DNA from: an uncultured Myxococcales bacterium
GTDB taxonomy: Bacteria; Myxococcota; UBA4151
Assembly: GCA_964013405.1 (NCBI GenBank)
Contig: CAXGWI010000038.1
Location: 1 to 25,880 of the forward strand
Length of the DNA stretch: 25,880 nucleotides
Direction of reading: 5' to 3'
Every line of letters begins with the position of its first letter. The first letter of the stretch is position 1. The notes under the pieces were generated by a model. The model was not told the DNA's origin and searched no databases. It worked only from the letters and a program-made list of their open reading frames with translations. The translations under genes were made by a program, and so were the position numbers. Shown here one piece after another: positions 1 through 9,246 of this stretch.

Positions 1-2
1 GG

Positions 3-878
3 GATCGCTTGGATTACAAGTATCTCTACACCGTCTTGAGCCGGCGAGCCGGCGGGATCAGCATCGGGATCAACCTCAACCCCGATGGGATCTGCAATTG
101 GCATTGCGTATACTGTCAGGTGAGCCGCCCCAGAGGAGCGGCCGTGCCAGAGCCTGTGGATTTTGCTGTCTTTCGAGCCGAGTGGCGCGACCTGTTGCGT
201 CGGATCACTGATGGCTCTTTGCTGAACCACCCGTTGCACCGCGGCCTGCCCGCCGACCTCCGCCAACTCAAGGATCTCTCTTTTTCCGGCGACGGCGAGC
301 CCACCACATCGGTGCATTTTCCGGCCGTCATCGATGAGGTGACCTCGAGCCTCGCAAGTCACGGACTCGGGGACTTGCCACTCATTTTGCTCAGCAACTG
401 CTCGATGGTTCACCGGCCAGCGGTGGCGGAAGCGCTCACCCGATTTGCCGCTGCCGGCGGTGAAATCCATGGGAAACTCGACGGTGGCGGTCCGGGGGCT
501 TATGCCCGTGTGGACAAGACGGCCGTGCCCTTTGAACGGACGCTAGCCAATCTTCTTGAGGCCGGGCAGCGGGCACCGCTCGTCATTCAGAGTCTATTTT
601 GCCAGGCCGACGGAATTATCGCTGATGCCATCGAAATCGATCACTATGCGGATCACCTCAGCTACCTTCTCGATGGGGGGGCGGATCTCCGATCCGTGCA
701 CCTCCATACGGTGGCTCGAAAGCCACCTTTTGCAGCGGTAAAGGGGTTGCCACGGTCGTTCCTTGAAGCCGTCGCACACCGGGTGCAGGGCCGGGAGCCC
801 CGTCTTTCCGGACGGATTCAGTGCTTCGCTGGTGAACCTCGTTTTGAGACGGGCGACCCGCTCCCTGATCTCACTTGA
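3..878 (+). CDS. Radical SAM protein (uncharacterised, COG0731/Tyw1-like family); probably 5'-truncated
   Basis: CxxxCxxC motif (CNWHCVYC) preceded by SRRAGGISIGINLNP, and FSGDGEPT motif. The frame is open from the window edge (GAT CGC TTG...), so the TTG at 9 may not be the real start. Confidence 0.88.
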   Translation, partial: DRLDYKYLYTVLSRRAGGISIGINLNPDGICNWHCVYCQVSRPRGAAVPEPVDFAVFRAEWRDLLRRITDGSLLNHPLHRGLPADLRQLKDLSFSGDGEPTTSVHFPAVIDEVTSSLASHGLGDLPLILLSNCSMVHRPAVAEALTRFAAAGGEIHGKLDGGGPGAYARVDKTAVPFERTLANLLEAGQRAPLVIQSLFCQADGIIADAIEIDHYADHLSYLLDGGADLRSVHLHTVARKPPFAAVKGLPRSFLEAVAHRVQGREPRLSGRIQCFAGEPRFETGDPLPDLT

Positions 879-1824
879 GTCGATCCACGAGCCGGGTGAT
901 GTCGGGGAGAACGCGGTCGTAAGCGATCGGGCTAAGGTGCAGGGCGTTGCCGTCGAGGAACGCTTCGTGGGTTCCTAGCCCGGCGAGCCGATCCACGAGG
1001 CGTAAAGAGGGTAGCCCCTGCTCGGTCGCAAAGGCGGTAAGAAAGTCAGCCAGGCTGTTGTCCTCCGGTGGAACGGTGAGTTCTGCGGAATAGGGAAAGA
1101 TCAAAACAGCGATGGGGATCTCTCGCTCACTGGCGAGGGCTTTCACCCGGTTTAAGTGGCTCGCTGCTTGCTGCCAGCGTGGCGATGATAACCGAGGCTT
1201 GAGCGCCCCCATGAGTTGGGGGCCGAGATAGGCGGTGAGGCCGCTACGGTTGGCAGCCAACACGACCTTGGCGAGGAGGAGTCGACGCAGGGACTCGAAG
1301 CGAAGAACGGAGCTGATCCCAATCCTCTCTTTCGGGCCGGCTGAGGCATCCACGAGACGACAATCCGACGTGAGTTCAAAAGGTGCATCTGCATCCCCAG
1401 CGTTCAAGGTAAGAAGGATGCCGTGGGGGCGACTCTTATGCTCTTTTTGCAACTCCAATTCCAGGAGACGCAGTTGCTGAGAGAGATTGTAGCCGGGCAC
1501 CGCTAAGCCTCGAACATGAAGGCCCATCCCTTGGTGATCCAGAGCCTTTTGCAGGCGGGGGACCAGGCTCTGGCCGGGATCCTTATAACCATCCCCAGCA
1601 ACGATTGAATCGCCCACAAGGAGCAACTCTGGCTTTTGCCCCGGTTCGGCTTCTCCAATGGATTTTAAGCCATAACCTAACAGCGAATCCTCGTGGGCGG
1701 TATAAGGACACGAACGGGTCTGATGGGTGGGCAATCGAAGGGGGAAGCGGTCTCGTCCCTGGAGGCCCATTTCGAGACCTAGCAGGGTGGAGAAAGCAAC
1801 GGTGATAATGGCGAGGCTACGCAT
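871..1824 (-). CDS. SGNH/GDSL hydrolase-fold protein with N-terminal membrane anchor; likely polysaccharide O-acyltransferase partner (AlgJ/PatB-like role)
   Basis: Block I LVGDSIVAG, block II AVPGYN, and C-terminal D..H region (FLDGNALHLS). Start re-called at ATG 1824 (MRSLAIITVAF...), which overlaps the MBOAT stop as TAATG. The longer ORF to 2061 overlaps the MBOAT gene. Confidence 0.8.
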   Translation of the reverse strand: MRSLAIITVAFSTLLGLEMGLQGRDRFPLRLPTHQTRSCPYTAHEDSLLGYGLKSIGEAEPGQKPELLLVGDSIVAGDGYKDPGQSLVPRLQKALDHQGMGLHVRGLAVPGYNLSQQLRLLELELQKEHKSRPHGILLTLNAGDADAPFELTSDCRLVDASAGPKERIGISSVLRFESLRRLLLAKVVLAANRSGLTAYLGPQLMGALKPRLSSPRWQQAASHLNRVKALASEREIPIAVLIFPYSAELTVPPEDNSLADFLTAFATEQGLPSLRLVDRLAGLGTHEAFLDGNALHLSPIAYDRVLPDITRLVDRLK

Positions 1825-3221
1825 TAGAACTGGAAGTAAATAAAGGGGTTTTGGAGGGGGCCGAACCCGACCGAAAGGCCGATCACCAAGCCGACGAGAA
1901 GGAGGGTGGGGCTGGGCAGGCGACGATTGAGCAGTCCATCGCGCAAGGGTGTGAGCAGGAAGTAGATAAGAGCAATGATGATGATCATGAACACTGTGGG
2001 CATGAGCGCACCAGGCCATCCCCCCGCGAAGCTGACGATGAGCCACAGGGCTTTTAAGCACTGTTCGCCATCCACCAAGCGAAAGAGAATCCAGCCGACG
2101 AGCACCAGGTGGAACGTGAAGAAGCGAAGGAGCAAGCGATAGGACAGGTGTTCATTCCACCGGCCAAGTCGGGCAACCCAGGTGGGCTGCTCATGAATCC
2201 AGCGCTCGATGGCCAAAGCGAGGCCATGGAGTAGACCCCAGAGGACAAAGCCCCAAGCAGCCCCATGCCACAGTCCACCCAAAATCATCGTCAGCATCAA
2301 GTTTCGGTAGGTTTTCACTGTCGAGCCGCGGCTGCCACCCATCGCGATGAAGAGGTAATCCCGTAGCCACCGGGACAAGCTCATATGCCAACGGCGCCAG
2401 AAATCTCGGATCCCGAGGGCGAGGTAGGGGCGATTGAAGTTCTCGGGCAGGTGGATGCCGAGCATGCGAGCGATGCCTCGGCCGATGTCGGTGTAGCCAG
2501 AGAAGTCGAAGTAAATCTGAAAGGTGTAGGCGTAGGCAGCGACCAGATTTGCCGCCCCCGTATCTGCGGCGCCTTGGCCCCAGGTTGCATCCACAAAGAG
2601 CCCTAAATGATCGGCGATGAGACACTTTTTTAGGAAGCCTAAGGCGACGAGATGGAGGCCGCTACGGAGTTCACTGGAATCTGCCTCCCGTTGCCTTTCT
2701 AACTGGGGCAATAACTCTCGAGCTCTGACAATCGGTCCGGCGATCAGTTGGGGGAAGAAGGATAAAAAGAGGGCGAAAGCCTCTAGGTTCTTCGCTGGAG
2801 CTTCACCCCGAGACACGTCGATTACGTAGGCGAGGCCTTGAAATGTGATGAAGCTGATGGCCAAGGGCAGCACGATACCGTGCCCGAAGCCCTCACTTTG
2901 GATACCGAGGCTATGGAGGGCCGGCGTGATATTGTCGCTGATGAACCGGGCGTATTTGAACCAGGCTAAGAGGCCAAGATTGAAGCTGCAGGCCAGGGGG
3001 ATGAGCCAAGGCCCCCCTGGGTTCTTGTGGGCCTGCTTTCCGAGGAGATAGTTCCCCAGAATGAGGCTAAGGAGCAGCAGCAGATAGGCCGGGCTCCAAG
3101 AGCCGTAGAAGATCAATGAGGCGATGAGCAGGAGACGTCGGCGAGCGCTCCCCTTTAACCAACCCGCCCCAAGTAATGTGGCTGCAAAAAGCGCCAGAAA
3201 CTCGACCGAGTTATAAAGCAC
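1824..3221 (-). CDS. MBOAT family O-acyltransferase (AlgI/PatA/DltB-like)
   Basis: Motifs LPLAISFITFQ, FFPQLIAGPI, QIYFDFSGYTD, ENFNRPY, FWRRWHMSLSRWLRDY, GLWHGA (catalytic His) and C-terminal FIYFQF. Multiple TM segments. GTG start with GAGG upstream. Confidence 0.95.
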   Translation of the reverse strand: MLYNSVEFLALFAATLLGAGWLKGSARRRLLLIASLIFYGSWSPAYLLLLLSLILGNYLLGKQAHKNPGGPWLIPLACSFNLGLLAWFKYARFISDNITPALHSLGIQSEGFGHGIVLPLAISFITFQGLAYVIDVSRGEAPAKNLEAFALFLSFFPQLIAGPIVRARELLPQLERQREADSSELRSGLHLVALGFLKKCLIADHLGLFVDATWGQGAADTGAANLVAAYAYTFQIYFDFSGYTDIGRGIARMLGIHLPENFNRPYLALGIRDFWRRWHMSLSRWLRDYLFIAMGGSRGSTVKTYRNLMLTMILGGLWHGAAWGFVLWGLLHGLALAIERWIHEQPTWVARLGRWNEHLSYRLLLRFFTFHLVLVGWILFRLVDGEQCLKALWLIVSFAGGWPGALMPTVFMIIIIALIYFLLTPLRDGLLNRRLPSPTLLLVGLVIGLSVGFGPLQNPFIYFQF

Positions 3222-3238
3222 AGCTCGTTCCTCGGTCG

Positions 3239-4513
3239 CTAAACATCCCAGCCGGTCTGGTTACCTACCTTCAAGATGTGAAACCCTGCTTCTGACCAGC
3301 GCTGGTGATCGAGGCTCGCTGTCGGGTCAAAGACGAGGCGGGCTTGAGTCCAGCCAGCAACGTGTTCCGGTTCGAGGGCCTTGAAAACGCTGTGACCGGC
3401 GCCGACGATGATGACCTCGGCTTGGGCCAAGGCCGCTTGGGTGCTGACTAAATGAGGGTGATCGACGAAGAGTGGGTCAGCGACAGCGACGTTGATCTCG
3501 AGTTTGGTGAGTGCGGTTGCAAAGTGCCAAGCGGGACTCTCTCGGTCGTCATCGACGTCGGGTTTGTAGGCGACACCGAGAAGGGCTGCTTGGCTGAAGC
3601 CTCTGGCTTTCATGAGCGCAGCAAGTCGCTTGGCGAGGTGGACTGGCGTCCCATCATTTCGACGCCTCGCTTGCCGAATAACCTCGGCTTGTTGGGGGGC
3701 GCTCGAGACAAGAAACCAGGGATCCACAGAGATACAGTGGCCCCCCACGCCAATCCCGGGATTGAGGATTTGGACTCGGGGATGTCGATTTGCCAGGGTG
3801 ATGACCTCGGCCACATCGACCGGGTCTCGTTCGCAAATCATGGCCAGTTCATTGGCGTAGGCGATGTTGATATCCCGAAAGGTGTTCTCCGCCAGTTTGA
3901 CGTATTCGGCGGTGCGCGCGGTCGTTGCGAGCACCTCTCCCGAGACAAAATGCCGGTAGAACTCGACGGCTCTTTCGGTCGCCTCGGGACTGAGGCCGCC
4001 CACGACACGGTCATTTTCCACCAACTCCCGCAAAATGTGCCCGGGCAGCACCCGCTCCGGGCAATAGGCGTAGAGGAGTTGATCACAGCCAAGTCCCTGG
4101 AGGTGCTTGGCCAGTTTTTCCGTGGCCCCTGGTGGCGAGGTTGATTCAAGAATGACGAGATCATGGGGACGGGCCACCGTCGCGATGGCGTCTCCCGCGG
4201 CCAGCACATAGCTGAGATCAGGCTGGGGGTCGCCTCGTCCACCGGCCTGAAAAGGGGTGGGCACCGCCACGAGGTGCACGGCCGCTTGGGTCGGCTGAGC
4301 GCTCACTTTGAGGCGGCCTGTTTGAAGGCAGGCTGTCAGGGCCTCTTGTAGGCCCGGTTCCTCGATCGGTGAGCTGCCCTCGGCAAGACAGGCCCGTTTG
4401 GTTTCGGAGATCTCCACACCGTGAACATGGAGACCGGCTTCGGCGCAAACGACGGCTGTCGGTAAACCGATGTAGCCAAGTCCATAAATGCAGAGATCCA
4501 AAGGGGCCCCCAA
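3239..4513 (-). CDS. wecC: UDP-N-acetyl-D-mannosamine dehydrogenase (nucleotide-sugar 6-dehydrogenase)
   Basis: GLGYIGLP Rossmann motif, AVPTP, LEST, CPERVLPG, KLAENTFRDINIAYANE, GVGGHCI (catalytic Cys) and AYKPDVDDDRESP. These match the WecC subfamily pattern. Confidence 0.88.
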   Translation of the reverse strand: MGAPLDLCIYGLGYIGLPTAVVCAEAGLHVHGVEISETKRACLAEGSSPIEEPGLQEALTACLQTGRLKVSAQPTQAAVHLVAVPTPFQAGGRGDPQPDLSYVLAAGDAIATVARPHDLVILESTSPPGATEKLAKHLQGLGCDQLLYAYCPERVLPGHILRELVENDRVVGGLSPEATERAVEFYRHFVSGEVLATTARTAEYVKLAENTFRDINIAYANELAMICERDPVDVAEVITLANRHPRVQILNPGIGVGGHCISVDPWFLVSSAPQQAEVIRQARRRNDGTPVHLAKRLAALMKARGFSQAALLGVAYKPDVDDDRESPAWHFATALTKLEINVAVADPLFVDHPHLVSTQAALAQAEVIIVGAGHSVFKALEPEHVAGWTQARLVFDPTASLDHQRWSEAGFHILKVGNQTGWDV

Positions 4514-4547
4514 AGACAGCGCCCCCTATCGGATCACCCCTCTACGA

Positions 4548-6401
4548 TCAAGAAAGGTCGTTGCCTTCCAAATAGGTGTAGCCCTCGAGATCTCGTTGAT
4601 AATTTGCGCGAATATGCGCTGCATTCTGGTGACTAAGCCTGCCGAGGCCTTGTTCCCGCTCGAGGGCGCGCTCAATGGCTTGAATCAGGGCCTCTTTTTG
4701 ATGCCCCATCGCTTCGATGACCGATGCAATGGTCTGACCCGGTAGGCACTCCTTTGTGACTTGACCCCGTTCATCGACCCAGAGGGTGACTCGGTCGCTG
4801 TCCCCGAACAGGTTGTGGAGATCGCCGATACTGTCTTGATAGGCACCGGCGAGAAAGACGGCCAAGTAGTTTGCCTTACCCCCGTCGAGAGGGGGAAGAG
4901 GCAGGGTCTCGCGGGGCCCACCGGTTTGGGGGTAACGCATGAGACCGCCATCGGAGTCGCAGGTGATGTCGACGATACGCGCTCGGCGCGTTGAGGGGGC
5001 GTTTAAGCCTTCGAGGGGAAGGACGGGGAAGAGTTGGCTCAGGGCCCAATGATCCGGAAGGGACTGGAAGAGCGAGAAGTTACAGTACAAACAGTCAGCG
5101 AGGCGTTTTTCGAGTTGAGCCGCCATCGGTGTGTCCGGTTGCGTTTGCTGGGCGAGCCGAGCCAAGCCCGCCCAATACATCCGTTCGGTGAGCGCCATCT
5201 GTTCGAGGCTCAAAAGCCCGGTCTCGAAATCATCACCCAACTGCCTGCGAAGGTTTTGGAGTTCCTCGAGCTGCTGAGCAGTCCCAGTTTCGGGCATGGA
5301 TCGAACCAGATCGTCCAAGGCGAGCAGGGCCTCAGGGCCAGTCTCTAGCTGCCAATCGACCTGGGGCGAGGGGCGGGCACTGGCATCGATCACTTCCATG
5401 ACCAGGATTGCGTGGTGGGCCACCAGAGCTCGTCCTGCTTCGGTGATGATCTTAGGGACTGGGATTTGCTCCGCCTTCAGGACCCTTTGAACCCCTTCGA
5501 TCACGCAGGAGAAATAGGCTTCAAGATAAGCCGGGGAGCCGCCGTCTCCTTCGTCGCCATAATCCACAGCTAAGCCACCGCCGACATCGAGGAATTCCAA
5601 CTGGTCGGCACCCATGTTGACAAGGCCTCTGTAGACCTGTCCCGCTTCCGCCACCGCCTGCTCCGTACTGCGAAGGTCGGTCAGTTGAGAGCCAATGTGA
5701 AAGTGGAGCAGGCGTAAACAATGCAACTGGTCGTTGGCCTGGAGTTGTCGGGCTGCGGCAACCAACTCGGGGGTCGTGAGGCCGAACTTGGACAGGTCGC
5801 CGGCTGAAGAGGACCAGCGACCGGAGCCGTGATCCGCCAGCCGGGCTCGCAGGCCAATATTGGGTTCGATACCTAAGGTTGCGGCAACCCGACGAGCGAG
5901 CGCCAGTTCGCTCAGGCGCTCGATCACGATGATGGTCCGATAACCCAACATTTGCGCCGACAAGGCCATCTGCAGGTACTCGGCATCCTTGTAGCCATTA
6001 CAGACGAGAAGCTGTCCCGGTTTGAGTAAACTCAGGGCCAGCATGAGCTCGGGCTTCGAGCCTGCTTCGAAACCGGCCAGGTCCGGCTCGTCACGGAGAC
6101 AGCGAAGGACCTGATGGTGTTGATTCACCTTGATGGGATAGATGGGATGGTAGGCCCCCTGGTAGCCCGCCTGCTGACGGACCTTCTCCATGGTGGATCG
6201 AAGCATCGCCAATCGGGCTTGGATGATCTGAGGGAAAGCCAGGAGCAGCGGTGGTCGGAGACCGTCGCTTACCAACCCCTCGGTGAAGTCGGGCATTGCC
6301 AACCTTTGGTCCTTCGAGCCCGTGGGGGAAACCCAGAGTTGCCCTGCCGCTGTCTGACCGAAGAAGGGGGCAGCCCAGCCGGTATTCCAGGGGCCACTCA
6401 T
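4548..6401 (-). CDS. speA: Biosynthetic arginine decarboxylase (PLP, fold III)
   Basis: YPIKVNQ (PLP lysine), EAGSKPEL, CNGYKD, SKFGL, HFHIGSQ, DVGGGL, NFSLFQSLPDHW, DITCDSDG and GAYQ...HNLFGD. Start overlaps the gluQ stop (ATGA). Confidence 0.93.
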   Translation of the reverse strand: MSGPWNTGWAAPFFGQTAAGQLWVSPTGSKDQRLAMPDFTEGLVSDGLRPPLLLAFPQIIQARLAMLRSTMEKVRQQAGYQGAYHPIYPIKVNQHHQVLRCLRDEPDLAGFEAGSKPELMLALSLLKPGQLLVCNGYKDAEYLQMALSAQMLGYRTIIVIERLSELALARRVAATLGIEPNIGLRARLADHGSGRWSSSAGDLSKFGLTTPELVAAARQLQANDQLHCLRLLHFHIGSQLTDLRSTEQAVAEAGQVYRGLVNMGADQLEFLDVGGGLAVDYGDEGDGGSPAYLEAYFSCVIEGVQRVLKAEQIPVPKIITEAGRALVAHHAILVMEVIDASARPSPQVDWQLETGPEALLALDDLVRSMPETGTAQQLEELQNLRRQLGDDFETGLLSLEQMALTERMYWAGLARLAQQTQPDTPMAAQLEKRLADCLYCNFSLFQSLPDHWALSQLFPVLPLEGLNAPSTRRARIVDITCDSDGGLMRYPQTGGPRETLPLPPLDGGKANYLAVFLAGAYQDSIGDLHNLFGDSDRVTLWVDERGQVTKECLPGQTIASVIEAMGHQKEALIQAIERALEREQGLGRLSHQNAAHIRANYQRDLEGYTYLEGNDLS

Positions 6402-7303
6402 CGAAAGGCCTCCGGGACGACGATGGGCTGCTGGCGCCAGGGGGGCTGGGGCAATTGATCTAGGAATTGCTGTTGGGAAACCGTCTGCATCGGCCGCTCC
6501 GTGATCGCCGAGAGTACCCAGCCATAGAGATCCTCTGGTTTCAAGCCTCGGTCGCGCAGCGCCGAGATCCCCGGCAGGCCGTGTCGCTTCTCTAGGCGCT
6601 CGCCGGCTTCCGTGATCACCAATGGGATGTGGAGATAGTCAGGCTCCGGCCAATCCAAGGCCCTATAGAGGGCTAGTTGCCGAAAGGTCGATGGCACGAG
6701 ATCGGCGCCACGGAGCACCTCGGTCACTCTCAGGTCGTGGTCGTCGACGACACAGGCGAGGTGATAACTGGCGATCCCGTCCCGTCGCCAGACGACGAAG
6801 TCATCCACCGCACTGGATTGCGTGTGGAGATTCCCGTCCTCGAAGGTCAATGGGTTCGAACTGGCCTCAAAGCGCCAGGCCGGCCGACGTGATTCGACCG
6901 GCTGTTGTGATCGGGCTCGAACTTGGTGGATCGTCCCTTTTTCGCCATGGGGAGCTGAGAGCGCCTCTTGCCACTCCTTGCGGCTTAGCGAGCAGGCATA
7001 GGACCTTCCTTGCTGCAGGAGCTCGTCGTGAATCTGTCGATACCGATCCGATCGTAGGGATTGACGACATCCTGGATGGTGATCGGGCATGGGATCGAAG
7101 GTGAGCCCGAGCCACTCCAATTCCTCCCGAATGGCCCTTTCGCTCTCTGGAACCACTCGGGGGCCGTCGAGGTCGTCGATCCGAAGGGCGCAGCGCCCCC
7201 CACGTTGGACCGGCCGGGCCCAGGCCATGATGGCGATGAAGACATTGCCGAGATGTTGCTGCCCTGTCGGGCTCGGCGCGTAGCGTCCTTGGGGCGGGGT
7301 CAT
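6398..7303 (-). CDS. gluQ: Glutamyl-queuosine tRNA(Asp) synthetase (truncated GluRS paralogue)
   Basis: RYAPSPTG, HIGH-like HLGN, RIDDLD, YHLACVVDD, RGADL, HIPLV and KMSKS-like RLEKR. At 301 aa it has no anticodon-binding domain. Confidence 0.9.
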   Translation of the reverse strand: MTPPQGRYAPSPTGQQHLGNVFIAIMAWARPVQRGGRCALRIDDLDGPRVVPESERAIREELEWLGLTFDPMPDHHPGCRQSLRSDRYRQIHDELLQQGRSYACSLSRKEWQEALSAPHGEKGTIHQVRARSQQPVESRRPAWRFEASSNPLTFEDGNLHTQSSAVDDFVVWRRDGIASYHLACVVDDHDLRVTEVLRGADLVPSTFRQLALYRALDWPEPDYLHIPLVITEAGERLEKRHGLPGISALRDRGLKPEDLYGWVLSAITERPMQTVSQQQFLDQLPQPPWRQQPIVVPEAFR

Positions 7304-9246
7304 GGTAGCGGTCGGGGAATTCGGCTGAGAATGTTTTCGGTATGGAGGTCTTTGCTGGGAAGCCGCCCGCAGCGGGAGAGAAGGTCTGCGCGATGGGGGA
7401 TCAAGTCATCGATCTGTGCCAGAGGCCATTGTCCGAGGGCCCGACAGCCGGCATCGGGCAAGGCCTCGGTCAATGCCAAAAGGCTAGCCAAGGCCGATGC
7501 ATTGCCCTTGTGATCTCGAAGCGTCGCGATGAGCAGGGGGCCCGCTGAGATGAGCGGAGGGGAGCGCCTTAGGAGCCGTAAGGCCTCGGCGATGACTAAA
7601 TCTGGGTGAAGTCCGGGTCGTCCCAACGACCGGATGTAAAATTGACTCAATTGATCGTTAGCAAAGCTGCGTTCGGCGGTCCTTATGGCCCGGTAGCCCG
7701 CCGCTCCTTTTTCGACCAAAACAGTGGCGGCTCCGACCATCACCGGGGTCTGGTTCGGAAATTTCGTTTTGGGGTCTGGGCGGAGCACCTGCCAGACTTC
7801 ATCTGGTTCAAGGGTTTGTGCGAGCGCTTTGCCCCGGCGGCGGCGGGTACGGTCTTGCAGCAGCGCGAAGCCATTGCGGTAGGCTTCTCTCGCTTGAGTT
7901 CGCCGTTTCGTTTTGTAGAGGGCATCACCGAAATCGAGCCAGAGCAGGCCATCACCTGGAGCTTGTTTGAGCGCTTTGGCTAAGAGGGGGATTCGTAACT
8001 CTGGGTTATCGGCGCGGCGGGCCTTGGCCCACGGGATGCGATAGGGGTGCTCCCCCCACCGGGAATCGACAGCCTCTAGACGGCCATTTTGCTCCATCCT
8101 TAGGGGCTCAAATTGCCAGGCCAACAGGGGCAGGGCGAGGGTTAGACCGGCGCCGATTAGGCCGCTGATGCGATGGGGTTTTTGGAGTCTCCCGAGTCCC
8201 TTCGGAAGGGTCCAAGCGAAGAGGAAGCCGGCCATCGAGGCGACGGCGCCGCTGGTGAGGCTGAAGTCGGTAAGTTCATGGATCAACAAGAAGAGCAGCA
8301 CCAATGAACTGCACCGGCCCATGCGCTCAGCGGTGGTCCCACCATCGGATTCCAGTCGCCAAAGACACCAAAGCAGCCAGAAGGCAAGGAGGGCGATGGC
8401 CACTGGGATGCCGAGGGATGATGCCCAGTCGAGATAGAGGCTTTCGCCGTGGGTTGTGCGCGCCCCAGTGCTCATCAAATAGCGCAGACTTTGCCGCTCC
8501 AGTCCCTCGGGGCCAATCCCTGACCAAGGGCGGATTTCGGTGATGGGGTGCAGCGCCTGTATGATGGCGAGTTTGCTGAGGTTAAACTGAGACCGAAGAA
8601 GCCAGAGAAATGCGGGCAGGAAGAGGCTCATCGCAATGCAGAATTGGCGATAGCGCCCCACAAGGCGCTCCCGGGCGAGGAGTAGGAGGGCAGCAGACAG
8701 GCCAACCACGCCACCCCATCGAGAGGTGCTCAATCCCAGGGCGACAAGGAGTGCGGTGATTGCAACCCAGCGGGCTTTTGTTTCGAGGCGAAAACCGACT
8801 GCTGGGGCAAGCAAAAGAAGCGCAAGTGCCGCAAGATGGTTGCCATTGAGGAAGCGGACGGATGGGGGCAGCACGTCGCTTACGTTGAGAAGAGCCTGCA
8901 GGGCCAGGAGCACGCAGGCGATTGGGATCCATGGAAGGCAGCGCTTACGGGCCGGCCGGTCAGCCTTGAGAGAGATCCCTAGCCAGAAGGCGCTCGCGGC
9001 AACCATACCGCCGGCGAGTAATCGCAAGCGCGCTCCAAAAGGGCCAATCCAGTCCTGATATAGCGTGAGCTCCAACGCACTTGGAATGGCGAGAAGAACG
9101 CCCATCAAGAGCAGGGGCCAAGCCCGAGGCATTGCGAGGACAAGAGGTAGACTAAGAAGACTCAGGCGAGATGGGTGCGATGCACCCCCTGTCAGCACGA
9201 GGAGCAGGAGCCAGGCGATAAAGAGCCGGTCTTTAGAGAGGATCAT
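7300..9246 (-). CDS. O-antigen ligase/Wzy_C-like polytopic membrane protein with C-terminal TPR-like helical domain
   Basis: About 11-12 hydrophobic segments. Motifs NGNH, LSTSRWG, PWSGIGP, THGESLYLDW..SLGI and IHELTDFSL. TPR-like ALKQAPGDGLLWLDFGDALY...AREAYRNG. Start re-called at ATG 9246 (MILSKDR), a 14-bp overlap with the upstream gene. Confidence 0.72.
   Translation of the reverse strand: MILSKDRLFIAWLLLLVLTGGASHPSRLSLLSLPLVLAMPRAWPLLLMGVLLAIPSALELTLYQDWIGPFGARLRLLAGGMVAASAFWLGISLKADRPARKRCLPWIPIACVLLALQALLNVSDVLPPSVRFLNGNHLAALALLLLAPAVGFRLETKARWVAITALLVALGLSTSRWGGVVGLSAALLLLARERLVGRYRQFCIAMSLFLPAFLWLLRSQFNLSKLAIIQALHPITEIRPWSGIGPEGLERQSLRYLMSTGARTTHGESLYLDWASSLGIPVAIALLAFWLLWCLWRLESDGGTTAERMGRCSSLVLLFLLIHELTDFSLTSGAVASMAGFLFAWTLPKGLGRLQKPHRISGLIGAGLTLALPLLAWQFEPLRMEQNGRLEAVDSRWGEHPYRIPWAKARRADNPELRIPLLAKALKQAPGDGLLWLDFGDALYKTKRRTQAREAYRNGFALLQDRTRRRRGKALAQTLEPDEVWQVLRPDPKTKFPNQTPVMVGAATVLVEKGAAGYRAIRTAERSFANDQLSQFYIRSLGRPGLHPDLVIAEALRLLRRSPPLISAGPLLIATLRDHKGNASALASLLALTEALPDAGCRALGQWPLAQIDDLIPHRADLLSRCGRLPSKDLHTENILSRIPRPLP

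Noticed and set aside
1825..2061. His-rich N-terminal extension of the 871..2061 ORF
   Set aside because: It is an alternative frame inside the MBOAT gene. The coupled ATG at 1824 gives a sensible membrane anchor.
3452..4144. 230-aa plus-strand ORF
   Set aside because: Antisense shadow of wecC with no recognisable motifs.
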